Assembly: GCA_965261395.1 (NCBI GenBank)
Contig: OZ253462.1
Coordinates: forward strand, 2,560,001-2,624,000
Length of the DNA: 64,000 nucleotides
Direction: 5' to 3'
Origin: Candidatus Latescibacterota bacterium
Lineage (GTDB): Bacteria; Latescibacterota; UBA2968; UBA8231
Part shown: positions 1 through 9,295 of the stretch, one piece after another
Numbering within the stretch: the first letter of the stretch is position 1
How the letters are laid out: each line of letters opens with the position of its first letter
Program-made: the position numbers and the translations under genes
The notes under the pieces: generated by a model
What the model saw: the letters and a program-made list of their open reading frames with translations, nothing else
Databases searched by the model: none
What the model was told of the DNA's origin: nothing

Positions 1-1111
1 TGACCACAACCAGCGGTTCCAATTGCTGGTCGCCGGTGCGTGTTTCCCCGCCTGAATCGGCCAATTGGAACTGACCTTGGCGCACATCCAGCACTACGGC
101 GTCGCCCCAAGCACCTACCGCCAAGGTGCCGATCTCGTCCGGCATCCCAATGACTTGGGCCGGCACGGCGGTTACTTTGGCCAAGGCCGTGTCGAGGTCC
201 ATGCCCAAGTGGAGGAATTTGGATACGACGTTGACCAAGTCATATACCGGTCCGTTGAGGTTGTACACATGCAGGTCTGAGGAAATGGTATGCGGCGCAA
301 GGCCGGCGCTCAGAGCGGTCTCGGCCACCTCCCAAGAGAAAGAGCCAGAGCCGTGCCCCACATCAAAGAGCACGCCTCGCTCCACGGCCTCGAGTACCGC
401 AGGGCGCACTTGGCCGGTCTCGTCGAGGATGCCGCACTTCATGCCGTGGAAACAATGCGTGAGGATGTCGCCCTGTTTCATCACGGCCAGCACGTCATCG
501 AGGCTGTCGCACCAGGCGTCTTGGGGGTGGACCATAATGGGCAGACCAGCGGCATCCGCAGCCTCGCGGGCCCGGTGCAAGGGCAGCATCCCCGAGCGCT
601 CACTGACTATGCTGTTGCGGGTGAGCCGCACCTTGACCCCCAAGATGAGATCGCGGTGTTGTTCGATCATGCGGCAGGCTTTGCCCACATCTGCGTACTC
701 GGGGATCTCGAACTCGCCGATTTCGTGCGTCAACATGCCCTGCGAGGAGATGTTGAGCTGGGCCAAGATGCGGGTGTCACTGACGTCGATAATGAACTTG
801 CGGAAGCCGGGAAAGGTATCAGCACCGGCCGAGCCAGCATCGACCGCGGTGGTGACGCCTCGGGCCAAGCAAGTGGGATCAGGCTCGACGCCAAAATGGC
901 TGACCCCCCAGAACACGTGGACGTGCAGGTCGATGAGGCCGGGGGTCACCACGTAGCCCGCGACATCGATCGTTTGGCGTGCTTGGGCTGTGGGCAGGTC
1001 GGCCCCGACTGCGGCTACTTTGCCGTCGGCGAAGGCCACGTCCAGCACCGCGTGCAGTTGTTGGGCTGGATCAACTAGGGTGCCGCCTTTGAGAAGCAGG
1101 TCGTAGAGCAT
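1..1111 (-). CDS. Amidohydrolase/deacetylase (dihydroorotase-like) metallohydrolase; 3' end runs off window
   Basis: Not in ORF track because no stop occurs in the window. Manual translation from ATG at 1111: MLYDLLLKGGTLVDPAQ...VTPGLIDLHVHVF...GVTTAVDAGSAG; HxH metal motif; GGAG RBS upstream. Confidence 0.85.
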   Translation of the reverse strand, partial: MLYDLLLKGGTLVDPAQQLHAVLDVAFADGKVAAVGADLPTAQARQTIDVAGYVVTPGLIDLHVHVFWGVSHFGVEPDPTCLARGVTTAVDAGSAGADTFPGFRKFIIDVSDTRILAQLNISSQGMLTHEIGEFEIPEYADVGKACRMIEQHRDLILGVKVRLTRNSIVSERSGMLPLHRAREAADAAGLPIMVHPQDAWCDSLDDVLAVMKQGDILTHCFHGMKCGILDETGQVRPAVLEAVERGVLFDVGHGSGSFSWEVAETALSAGLAPHTISSDLHVYNLNGPVYDLVNVVSKFLHLGMDLDTALAKVTAVPAQVIGMPDEIGTLAVGAWGDAVVLDVRQGQFQLADSGGETRTGDQQLEPLVVV

Positions 1112-1192
1112 GGGATTCTCCGAAAAGGAGTGAGGTTTCTTTAAGACGCTGTGAGTTGCTTCAGTGCCAGGTGGAGCCTATTGGCACTCCGG

Positions 1193-2047
1193 TTATGGAG
1201 TAGCGGTCTCGAACAAGGCCAGCCAATCGTCCACGCTTTGGGCCACCGACTCGGGGTGAGCTTGGCTGCGGGCGATAAAGCCGGGGACGCCGTCGCGGCC
1301 GCTGGGTTGAGCCGGGTCGCTGTAGCGCAGGTCGAGGCTCCAGCGGATGTGGTCGGAGTGGTTGGGGATGGAGCGGTGGATGGTCTTGTGCTGGATGAGC
1401 AGCACGCCGCCGACTTTGACCGGGCAGCTAACTTGCTCGCCGGGGGGCAAGTACTGATCGGTGATGCCTTTGAAATTGGCCCCGGGTCCCAAGCCGTGCT
1501 CGTGGCCGATGAGCGGGGCGCGGTTGCTGCCGGCAATAACTTCCATGCAGCCGTTTTTAGGGGTGGCATCGACCAAGGGAATCCAAAAATTGACCATGAA
1601 GGTCTCTTCGGCGTCGGGCTGCAAATAGCCGAGGTCTTGATGCCAGGGCACCACAGTGGCGTCTTGGTTGGGCAATTTGGCGCGCAGGTTGAATTGCGGG
1701 TGCGCCAGTATTTCGGGACCGATCACGGATTCGACCATGTCGAGCAGCGCCGGTTGGGTCAGAATGGCGAACATGCCCTCGGTTTTGAGCTTGCCGTTGA
1801 CTTGACCCAACAGCGGGGAAGGGTCGGCCCACTGGGCGTGGATGTGGACCAAGCGCTTGGCAAAGGGTAGGTCCGCGTGCAGGTCGGACAGTTCGCCGGC
1901 AGCGTGGGCCTGCTCGGCGGCGGTATCGACAATGGCGTCGATTTCGGCGATGAGGAGGTCGAAGGCAGAGGGGTCGAGGACATCCTCTACTAGGAGGTAG
2001 CCTTGGGTGCGGTAGAAGTCGAGTTGGTCGGAGGTGAGGCCGCTCAT
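1193..2047 (-). CDS. Phytanoyl-CoA dioxygenase (PhyH) family Fe/2OG oxygenase
   Basis: WHQDLGY (HxD), NFWIPLVDAT..NGCMEVIAGS, IHRS..N.S..IRWSLDLRY. Confidence 0.9.
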   Translation of the reverse strand: MSGLTSDQLDFYRTQGYLLVEDVLDPSAFDLLIAEIDAIVDTAAEQAHAAGELSDLHADLPFAKRLVHIHAQWADPSPLLGQVNGKLKTEGMFAILTQPALLDMVESVIGPEILAHPQFNLRAKLPNQDATVVPWHQDLGYLQPDAEETFMVNFWIPLVDATPKNGCMEVIAGSNRAPLIGHEHGLGPGANFKGITDQYLPPGEQVSCPVKVGGVLLIQHKTIHRSIPNHSDHIRWSLDLRYSDPAQPSGRDGVPGFIARSQAHPESVAQSVDDWLALFETATP

Positions 2048-2052
2048 GGGAA

Positions 2053-2535
2053 TTATCCTTTTGTTGAGGGGTTAGTTGGGGTTTGGCTATTGCCTTCGCT
2101 CTGGTCATCAACCGGTGCGATAAGCATTCCAAGCCGGGCGGCAGCATCGACCTGTCGGCGGTCGAAGGACCCGAAGGTTATCAGCACTCCTAACGAAGAT
2201 TGCAGATACTCAGCCCCCGCAAGGTGAACACTGTCATAGGCGCGTACGCCGAGTTGTTCGCTCAGAGCACCGGCTCGTCGCAGCAGGGTCTGGGTGACCG
2301 CGACCCGGTGATATCGCTCCCAATCCTCCTCCAGCTCCTTCTTGCATCCCACCAACTCTGCGTCGGACAGGTCACCCAAACGTCGTTTGGCAGCCAAAGC
2401 AGATCGCGCCTCCACGTATGCGAGCCACTGGCAGGCAACTTCCTCGGCCACCTCCACCCAGCCACGTACCGTCTCGGAGTCGGCCTCCTCGACGTACAGT
2501 TTGACGAGAGCCGATGTGTCGAGAAAGAGGATCAC
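2053..2535 (-). CDS. vapC: VapC-family PIN toxin
   Basis: ILFLDTSALVKLY...VRAYDSVHLA...SFDRRQ; overlaps upstream antitoxin by 4 nt. Confidence 0.88.
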   Translation of the reverse strand: MILFLDTSALVKLYVEEADSETVRGWVEVAEEVACQWLAYVEARSALAAKRRLGDLSDAELVGCKKELEEDWERYHRVAVTQTLLRRAGALSEQLGVRAYDSVHLAGAEYLQSSLGVLITFGSFDRRQVDAAARLGMLIAPVDDQSEGNSQTPTNPSTKG

Positions 2536-2798
2536 CGTCGCTCTTCCATCACGATGTCCGCAACGCTTTTCTGTCCGGGTTTGACGCGCACGGGGTGCGT
2601 CGCACCTCTCGGTTTTTCCCCCGTCCCGGCATTGATCCCCGGCAGGGTGGCCAGCCGCTCTTCCAACGGGAGAGACGGTAGCGGCACGAGGCGGGCGATG
2701 GGCTTCCCCCTCAACGTTACGACGACCGTCTCTCCCTGCTGGACTTGCCGAAGATAGCGCGATAACCTGCTCTTCAGGTCGCGTACGGATGCGTTCAT
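2532..2798 (-). CDS. Phd/YefM-family antitoxin
   Basis: ASVRDLKSRLSRYLRQVQQGETVVVTLRGKPIARLVP. Confidence 0.9.
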   Translation of the reverse strand: MNASVRDLKSRLSRYLRQVQQGETVVVTLRGKPIARLVPLPSLPLEERLATLPGINAGTGEKPRGATHPVRVKPGQKSVADIVMEERR

Positions 2799-2809
2799 TT
2801 CGATCTCCT

Positions 2810-2856
2810 TGTAACTACATTGAGATAATTGTAGTCACATTGGATTCTCAAGGCAA
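2810..2856 (-). promoter_or_regulatory. Sigma70 promoter and palindromic operator of the Phd-VapC operon
   Basis: Minus strand TTGCCT-17bp-TACAAT; inverted repeat TGTAACTACA (2810-2819) / TGTAGTCACA (2830-2839) overlaps the -10. Confidence 0.6.
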
Positions 2857-2873
2857 GCACGGCCTAGCCCGGC

Positions 2874-2901
2874 TTGACGGAATCCGGCGTTCCTCTATCT
2901 T
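2874..2901 (+). promoter_or_regulatory. Putative promoter of the aspS leader
   Basis: TTGACG-16bp-TATCTT. Confidence 0.45.
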
Positions 2902-2903
2902 GG

Positions 2904-2978
2904 ATGGCTATGATGACTCGTCAAAACGACCGCATGCAAAATAATAATAACCCGCTGGTCCCATTGCGCGTGTTCTGA
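2904..2978 (+). CDS. Asn-rich leader peptide of aspS (MAMMTRQNDRMQNNNNPLVPLRVF)
   Basis: 24-aa ORF with AAT AAT AAT AAC at 2940-2951; alternative starts at 2910/2913/2934; its 3' end can pair with the downstream terminator. Confidence 0.7.
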   Translation: MAMMTRQNDRMQNNNNPLVPLRVF

Positions 2979-3009
2979 CGACTGACTCCAACCCAATCCA
3001 AGAATTCAC

Positions 3010-3050
3010 AACCCGTCGCGAACACGCATCGCGGCGGGTTTTCTGTTTTT
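3010..3050 (+). terminator. Intrinsic (attenuator) terminator upstream of aspS
   Basis: 12-bp stem AACCCGTCGCGA / TCGCGGCGGGTT (one G-U) followed by TTCTGTTTTT, directly before the AGGAGG RBS. Confidence 0.75.
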
Positions 3051-3062
3051 AGGAGGCTAACC

Positions 3063-4823
3063 ATGCACCGCTATCGCACCCACACCTGTGGCGAACTCCG
3101 CAAGCGCCACGCCGGCCAGACCATTGGCCTGAGCGGCTGGATACACCGCAGAAGGGACCACGGGGGCGTACTGTTCCTAGATCTGCGCGACCACTACGGC
3201 ATCACCCAACTGGTGATCTCGCCGGAAAATGACGCTGCGACCACCGCGGCAAAGATCCCCCGCGAATCCGTAATTCGCGTCCTAGGCGACGTGCGCGAAC
3301 GATCGCCTGCGGCCATTAACAGCGCCATGAAAACCGGAGAGATTGAAATCGCCGTCCGCGAGATAGAAGTACTCTCGCCGGCGGAGCCGCTCCCCTTTTC
3401 CGTGGCCGAAGACCCCGAAGTGGGCGAGAGCACCCGCTTGTCCTATCGCTTCCTCGACCTGCGCCGGGCCGGGCTGCACCGCCGCATTCAGCTCCGCTCG
3501 GACGTGATCGCCAGCATCAGACGGCGCATGACGGGCATGGGTTTTGCCGAGTTCCAGACGCCCATTCTCACCAGCAGCTCGCCCGAGGGCGCACGCGATT
3601 ACCTCGTGCCGAGCCGACTCTATCCCGGCCACTTCTACGCACTGCCGCAGGCACCGCAGCAGTTCAAGCAGTTGCTGATGGTGTCCGGCTTTGATCGCTA
3701 CTTCCAGATCGCACCCTGCTTCCGCGACGAAGATGCCCGCGCCGACCGCTCCCCTGGCGAGTTCTATCAGCTCGACCTCGAGATGGCCTTTGTCGAGCAG
3801 GAGGATGTCTTTGCTGTGGTCGAGGAACTCTTTTCCGGTCTCTTTCGCGAGTTCACCGATTGGGAAGTGCCCGCGCCGCCGTTCCCGCGTCTTTCCCACG
3901 CCGACGCCATGTTGCGGTTCGGCACGGACAAACCAGACCTGCGCTTCGCACTCGAAATCCAGGACCTCTCCGAGATTTTCGCGGATTCCTCGTTCAGGCT
4001 GTTCAGGGATATCGTCGCAGCAGGAGGGGTCGTCCGCGCCCTGTGCGTTCCCGGACTGGAGGCGCAGCCGCGCTCGTTTTTCGACAGCCTCGAAACATTC
4101 GTCAAAGAAGCGGGCGGCAAGGGGCTGGCATATCTCATCAACGGAGCGCAGGCCACAGGCTCAATCGCCGCGGCCCTAGAACAGAGCGTGCGCAGTCGCA
4201 TTATCGAGGAATGCGCCGCCGCTCCGGGATCAGCCATTTTCTTTATCGCCGGACCGCCAGCCGAGGTAGCGACTCTAGCGGGACGGTTGCGCCTGCATCT
4301 GGCGGATCGGCTCGATTTGCGTAGGGAAGGTTGCTATGAATTCTGCTGGGTCGTCGATTTTCCCATGTACGAATGGGACGCGGAACACGCTTGTGTGGCC
4401 TTTTCACACAACCCGTTTTCCATGCCGCAGGGTGGCATGGCTGCGCTGGAGACGCAACCGCCGCTGGAGATCAAGGCGTATCAGTACGACATCGTCTGCA
4501 ACGGCCTCGAACTGTCGAGCGGTGCCATCCGCAATCACAGACCAGACATCATGTACAAGGCGTTCGAGATTGCCGGACATTCGCAACGGGAAGTCGATCG
4601 CAGGTTCGGGGGCATGATCCGCGCCTTGCGCTACGGCGCTCCGCCCCACGGCGGCATCGCCCCCGGCATCGACCGCATCGTCATGCTGCTGGCGGACGAA
4701 CCGAACATACGGGAGGTCATCGCCTTCCCGATGAACCAGAATGCGCAGGATCCGCTCATGGGCGCTCCGGGAGAAGTGTCGCCTGAGCAGTTGCGGGAGT
4801 TGCACATAGCGGTTCGGGAGTGA
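3063..4823 (+). CDS. aspS: Aspartate--tRNA(Asp/Asn) ligase, probably non-discriminating
   Basis: [16 protein letters not shown] (His typical of non-discriminating enzymes), [37 protein letters not shown]. Confidence 0.97.
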   Translation: MHRYRTHTCGELRKRHAGQTIGLSGWIHRRRDHGGVLFLDLRDHYGITQLVISPENDAATTAAKIPRESVIRVLGDVRERSPAAINSAMKTGEIEIAVREIEVLSPAEPLPFSVAEDPEVGESTRLSYRFLDLRRAGLHRRIQLRSDVIASIRRRMTGMGFAEFQTPILTSSSPEGARDYLVPSRLYPGHFYALPQAPQQFKQLLMVSGFDRYFQIAPCFRDEDARADRSPGEFYQLDLEMAFVEQEDVFAVVEELFSGLFREFTDWEVPAPPFPRLSHADAMLRFGTDKPDLRFALEIQDLSEIFADSSFRLFRDIVAAGGVVRALCVPGLEAQPRSFFDSLETFVKEAGGKGLAYLINGAQATGSIAAALEQSVRSRIIEECAAAPGSAIFFIAGPPAEVATLAGRLRLHLADRLDLRREGCYEFCWVVDFPMYEWDAEHACVAFSHNPFSMPQGGMAALETQPPLEIKAYQYDIVCNGLELSSGAIRNHRPDIMYKAFEIAGHSQREVDRRFGGMIRALRYGAPPHGGIAPGIDRIVMLLADEPNIREVIAFPMNQNAQDPLMGAPGEVSPEQLRELHIAVRE

Positions 4824-4871
4824 TATTATTCTTGAAATGGACCTCAGCGACCCAAGAAAGTGAGCCCTGCC

Positions 4872-5810
4872 ATGAAAACACAACGCTACCAACTCCGCAT
4901 CAGCGGTTTAAGAGAAGACAAAGGTCAAATCAAGATAGCGACTCTCCGGCGTGTTATGGACGCCCTTCTCGTGATAGCAGAGAGGACCACCCGCTTGCTC
5001 GCTACGGGCGCAGGTAGTGGGAGGGGAGCGAGGCCTCAGTGGCTGGACGCCACCATTGACTTCACGATAACTAGATTGAAATCCGGATCTACGATTTTTG
5101 ACATAGAGGCTCCCCAGCTTAGTGAGACTGCCTACGCACAATTTGTCCAAGAAGATTTATGGAGCAAGCAGCCCAGCCTAGACGAAACGGCGCTCGATCT
5201 GGTAGCTCAATCGATCAAAGAGACCCAGACCGACAATCCAATTGGAGACTATTTCGACAGTTCGGTTCTCGAAGCGATTCTCAAGTTCAGGCAAGCGGCT
5301 GGCGTTGCTGGTGTGCGCTATGAAATGATCCCTCAAGACACGGCGCATGGGCAATTCAAGCTGGACGACATTACTTGCACATACGCCAAAGAGCGATTGA
5401 ATGACATCCCGACTCCAAGGTCTTTTATCGTAAGTGGAAGGCTCGACGAGATCAAACATGGTAATGGTCGCTTTCGCCTTCTGGTGAGCGAGAAGTCAGC
5501 ACTCTTTGGACGGCTGGACGCGTCATTGGGCGTAGAGGCTTTGCGTCCTCTATGGGGTAAGCAGACCACCATTGAGGGAATGGTGCATTTCAAGGCCAAT
5601 GGGCAGCCGCGATTGATCGAGGCTCGCCGGATTAGTGCTCGACTGGAAAGTGATAGCATTTTCGAAGAAATGCCGTCAGTAGAAGTCCAAAGACCGCGTG
5701 TCCTTTTTTCGGTACAACGCAAACAAGTCAAAGGGTTCGACCCTATTGAGCTTGCGGGCGCATGGCCTGGCGATGAACCCATCGAGGATCTCCTAGCCCA
5801 ACTTGATTGA
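4872..5810 (+). CDS. Hypothetical protein preceding a PIN remnant (possible large antitoxin)
   Basis: 312-aa ORF from ATG 4872 (track start 4860); acidic tail WPGDEPIEDLLAQLD; 11 nt before a PIN-like start. Confidence 0.65.
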   Translation: MKTQRYQLRISGLREDKGQIKIATLRRVMDALLVIAERTTRLLATGAGSGRGARPQWLDATIDFTITRLKSGSTIFDIEAPQLSETAYAQFVQEDLWSKQPSLDETALDLVAQSIKETQTDNPIGDYFDSSVLEAILKFRQAAGVAGVRYEMIPQDTAHGQFKLDDITCTYAKERLNDIPTPRSFIVSGRLDEIKHGNGRFRLLVSEKSALFGRLDASLGVEALRPLWGKQTTIEGMVHFKANGQPRLIEARRISARLESDSIFEEMPSVEVQRPRVLFSVQRKQVKGFDPIELAGAWPGDEPIEDLLAQLD

Positions 5811-5821
5811 GCGATATTTTT

Positions 5822-5968
5822 ATGACGCGTTTCCTCCTAGACACGAATCTGTTGCTCGGTTTCGCCCGGAAAGCATCGTGGGCTATCCGGGCTCGCGCAG
5901 AATTCAATCTCGGAGATCCAATAAGCGACCTGACCATGCCCATTCGGGAGCCAATACAGAAAGGCTAA
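5822..5968 (+). pseudogene. Truncated PIN/VapC toxin
   Basis: MTRFLLDTNLLLGFARK...; PIN N-terminal LLDTN motif, only 48 aa. Confidence 0.65.
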
Positions 5969-5978
5969 ACGCATATGT

Positions 5979-6026
5979 ATGAAAGAGTTTACGGTGATTA
6001 TCGAGCAGGACGCGGGACGGCAATAA
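5979..6026 (+). pseudogene. HicB-like antitoxin N-terminal remnant
   Basis: MKEFTVIIEQDAGRQ*, resembling the HicB start FTVIIEQDEDG. Confidence 0.45.
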
Positions 6027-6047
6027 TCGTCTTGAACGTACATACTC

Positions 6048-8033
6048 ATGCCTGACCACAGCTACTTCGCTAACCTGATCTGGCAGATCGCCGACCTGCT
6101 GCGCGGTCCCTACCGCCCGCCGCAGTACGAGCGCGTCATGCTGCCTATGACCGTGCTGCGGAGGTTCGACTGCGTGCTTGCTCCGAGCAAGCCCGAAGTC
6201 TTGGCCGAGTACAGCCGCTGGGGCGGGAGACTCGACGGCGAAGCGCTCGACGTTAGGCTGAACAGGGCTGCCGGTCAGCGCTTTCACAACCACTCGCCGC
6301 TCGATTTCGAGAAGCTCAAGGGCGATCCAGATAACATCGCCCGGCACCTCGTCAGTTACATCCAAGGCTTTTCGGCCAACGTGCGCCGCATCTTCGAGTA
6401 CTTCGAGTTTGAGACTGAGATCGAGAAGATGCAGGAGTCGAATATCCTCTACCTCGTCGTCTCAAAGTTCTGCGATGTAGATCTACACCCCGATAGAGTT
6501 CCGAACGAGCAAATGGGTCTTCTCTTCGAGAACCTCATCCGCCGCTTCAACGAGTTGGCGAACGAGACTGCAGGCGACCACTTCACGCCGCGCGAGGTCA
6601 TCCGGCTAATGGTGAGCATCCTCTTCATTCACGACGACGAACTGCTCGCCACGCCCGGCACCGTGCGTAAGCTCCTCGACCCCGCTTGTGGCACCGGCGG
6701 CATGTTGGCCGAGGCGCAAAATTACCTGCGAGATCTCCACGCCGCTGCCCGGCTCTACGTCTATGGGCAGGACTATAACAACCGCGCCTTTGCCACCGCA
6801 GCCTCCGACATGTTGATGAAGCAGGTTGATCACAACGGCGGCGGAGACAGCATCCGCTTCGGAGACAGCCTTACAGGGGATCAATTCGAGGGTGAGACCT
6901 TCGACTACTTCCTCACCAATCCGCCCTTCGGCGTGGACTGGAAGAGGCAGAAGAATGAGATCCAGAGGGAACACGACAAGCTCGGATTCGAGGGCCGCTT
7001 CGGCGCTGGACTCCCGCGAGTGAATGACGGCTCGCTGCTTTTCTTACAGCATATGACCCACAAGTTTGAGCCAGTACGCCCAGACGAGCACAAGCACGGC
7101 TCGCGCTTGGCCATCGTATTCAGTGGCTCGCCGCTCTTTACCGGCGGTGCTGGCTCCGGCGAGAGCGACATTCGCAAGTGGATCATCGAAAACGATTGGC
7201 TTGAAGCCATCATCGCCTTGCCGGAACAGATGTTCTACAACACCGGCATCGGCACCTACGTATGGATCGTCACCAACCGCAAAGAGAAGCGGCGGCAGGG
7301 GAAAATCCAGCTTCTTGATGCCCGCGACTTGTGGACCGCGGGCGGGAGTGAAGACAACAAGCGCAGCCTTGGCGATAAGCGCCGCCACATCGCCGCAGAG
7401 CAGATTGAGGAGATCGTGCAGCTATATGGCCGCTTTGAGGACGGCGAGCGCTCCAAGCTCTTCGACAACGCTGACTTCGGCTACACACGCGTGACCGTGG
7501 AGCAACCTCTGCGCTTGCGCTACCAGATGACCATAGAAGACAAGTCCCGCTTTCTCGATGCCTGCCCGTACCTGCTCGACGACGTGCAGGCCATCGACAA
7601 GGCGTTGGGACGCGAGCCGAAGTACGACTGGAATGCGACATGGGAGAGCATTGCCGATCTCCTGCATGAGCACCAATCGCGCTGGAAGAAGGTAGAACAG
7701 AGGCTCTTCCGAGATGTCTTCACCGAGAAGGATCCGCAAGCCGAGCGGGTCAGGAAAGATGGCCGGGAGAAAGGCTACGAGCCTGACACCGCGCTGCGCG
7801 ACTTCGAGAACGTGCCGCTTAAAGACAACATTGACGCCTACTTCGAGCGCGAGGTAGCACCCCACCTTCCCGACGCTTGGATGGACCGCGACAAGGACAA
7901 GGTCGGTTACGAGATCAACTTCAACCGCCATTTCTATAAGTACACGCCGCCGCGCCCGCTGGAAGAGATTGACGCAGATCTGAAGAAGGCGGAGAAAACG
8001 ATCTTGCGGCTGTTGAAGGAGGTGACGGAGTGA
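6048..8033 (+). CDS. hsdM: Type I RM methyltransferase subunit M
   Basis: AGDHFTPREV, LDPACGTGGML, TNPPFG (amino-methyltransferase motif), MFYNTGIGTY, KVGYEINFNRHFY. Confidence 0.95.
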   Translation: MPDHSYFANLIWQIADLLRGPYRPPQYERVMLPMTVLRRFDCVLAPSKPEVLAEYSRWGGRLDGEALDVRLNRAAGQRFHNHSPLDFEKLKGDPDNIARHLVSYIQGFSANVRRIFEYFEFETEIEKMQESNILYLVVSKFCDVDLHPDRVPNEQMGLLFENLIRRFNELANETAGDHFTPREVIRLMVSILFIHDDELLATPGTVRKLLDPACGTGGMLAEAQNYLRDLHAAARLYVYGQDYNNRAFATAASDMLMKQVDHNGGGDSIRFGDSLTGDQFEGETFDYFLTNPPFGVDWKRQKNEIQREHDKLGFEGRFGAGLPRVNDGSLLFLQHMTHKFEPVRPDEHKHGSRLAIVFSGSPLFTGGAGSGESDIRKWIIENDWLEAIIALPEQMFYNTGIGTYVWIVTNRKEKRRQGKIQLLDARDLWTAGGSEDNKRSLGDKRRHIAAEQIEEIVQLYGRFEDGERSKLFDNADFGYTRVTVEQPLRLRYQMTIEDKSRFLDACPYLLDDVQAIDKALGREPKYDWNATWESIADLLHEHQSRWKKVEQRLFRDVFTEKDPQAERVRKDGREKGYEPDTALRDFENVPLKDNIDAYFEREVAPHLPDAWMDRDKDKVGYEINFNRHFYKYTPPRPLEEIDADLKKAEKTILRLLKEVTE

Positions 8034-9295
8034 CTAGACGGGTAGCATCCCTGTTCCCGGCCAAGCGTTTGAAACATGTCGTATCGCTGCGGCGGTCGCG
8101 CGTCGATGGAAATGAGGACGACAGGCCGTACGTCGGGCTAGAAAACATCGAGTCGTGGACCGGAAAACTTCTTGGTAACTCGGCGGCGACTGACGAGGCC
8201 CGTTCGGCCATTATGGTAGAAGGCACATCGCTTAGCAACACCTTTGAACCCGGTGATGTGCTCTTAGGAAAACTACGTCCGTATCTCGCAAAGGTCTGGG
8301 TCGCGGAGTTTCCGGGCCGGTCTACTACCGAACTCCTTGTCATGCATCCGGTGGAGATCGAGCCGCGCTTTCTTCGGTACGTTTGTCTTTGGCGTGACTT
8401 CGTCGATGCGGTAGACGCTTCGACGTTTGGCTCAAAGATGCCAAGGGCCGATTGGGACTTCATCGGGAACATGTCCGTTCCAATTCCAGAGTGGAGCAAG
8501 CAACGCGCCATCGCCGACTATCTCGACCGCGAGACGGCACGGCTGGATGCACTGGTAGGGGAAGAGGAACGGCTACTCGGACTGTTGGCCGAAAAGCGCA
8601 GTGCGCTCATCACCTGCGCCGTCACCCGTGGCCTCAACCCAAACGTCCCGCTCCGCGACTCCGGCATTCCTTGGCTTGGCGAAATTCCAGCGCATTGGGA
8701 AACTGAACGCGCAAGATGGTTGTTCAGGGAACGCGATGAACGTTCCGATACGGGAGAAGAAGATCTCCTCACTGTGTCGCACCTCACTGGCGTGACTCTT
8801 CGTTCAGAGAAGGAAGTCAACATGTTCGAGGCGGCGACAAAAGAGGGATACAAAATCTGCCTCTCAGGCGATCTCGTAATCAATACGATGTGGGCATGGA
8901 TGGGTGCGATGGGTGTGTCGTCCTTAGACGGTATCGTTAGTCCGGCCTATAACGTCTATGAGCCTAGAGCGCGTCTTGATCCGAGTTATGTCGATGCCTT
9001 GGTGCGTTTGCCAGCGTTCGCTCAAGAGGTAACGCGATACTCAAAGGGTGTATGGTCATCCCGGTTGCGCCTCTATCCAGAAGGCTTCTTCGCGGTCTCA
9101 CTCCCTGTACCCCCGCTCAGCGAGCAGCGCGAGATCGTTGCCCACATAGCGAATGAAACATGCAAGTTAGACGGGCTGCGCGACGCGACGAAAAGGACCA
9201 CGGTGTTGCTCAAAGAGCGTCGAGCAGCGCTCATCTCAGCGGCAGTTACAGGTCAGATCAACATGGAGCAAGTGGCATGGAAATCACCTCGCTGA
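8030..9295 (+). CDS. hsdS: Type I RM specificity subunit S
   Basis: Two TRDs with conserved spacers: QRAIADYLDRET...VTRGLNPNVPLRDSGIPWLGEIPAHW and LLKERRAALISAAVTGQI. Confidence 0.93.
   Translation: MTRRVASLFPAKRLKHVVSLRRSRVDGNEDDRPYVGLENIESWTGKLLGNSAATDEARSAIMVEGTSLSNTFEPGDVLLGKLRPYLAKVWVAEFPGRSTTELLVMHPVEIEPRFLRYVCLWRDFVDAVDASTFGSKMPRADWDFIGNMSVPIPEWSKQRAIADYLDRETARLDALVGEEERLLGLLAEKRSALITCAVTRGLNPNVPLRDSGIPWLGEIPAHWETERARWLFRERDERSDTGEEDLLTVSHLTGVTLRSEKEVNMFEAATKEGYKICLSGDLVINTMWAWMGAMGVSSLDGIVSPAYNVYEPRARLDPSYVDALVRLPAFAQEVTRYSKGVWSSRLRLYPEGFFAVSLPVPPLSEQREIVAHIANETCKLDGLRDATKRTTVLLKERRAALISAAVTGQINMEQVAWKSPR

Noticed and set aside
65-1078. Plus-strand ORFs of 71, 276 and 262 aa
   Set aside because: Antisense shadows of the minus-strand amidohydrolase; no recognisable motifs
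2880-3060. T-box riboswitch upstream of aspS
   Set aside because: No TGGNACC T-box bulge or stem I motifs seen and the leader is short; a leader-peptide attenuator fits better
9160-9276. Extended N-terminus of the ATPase in the ORF track
   Set aside because: Lies within hsdS; the family-like start is MEITSL at 9277
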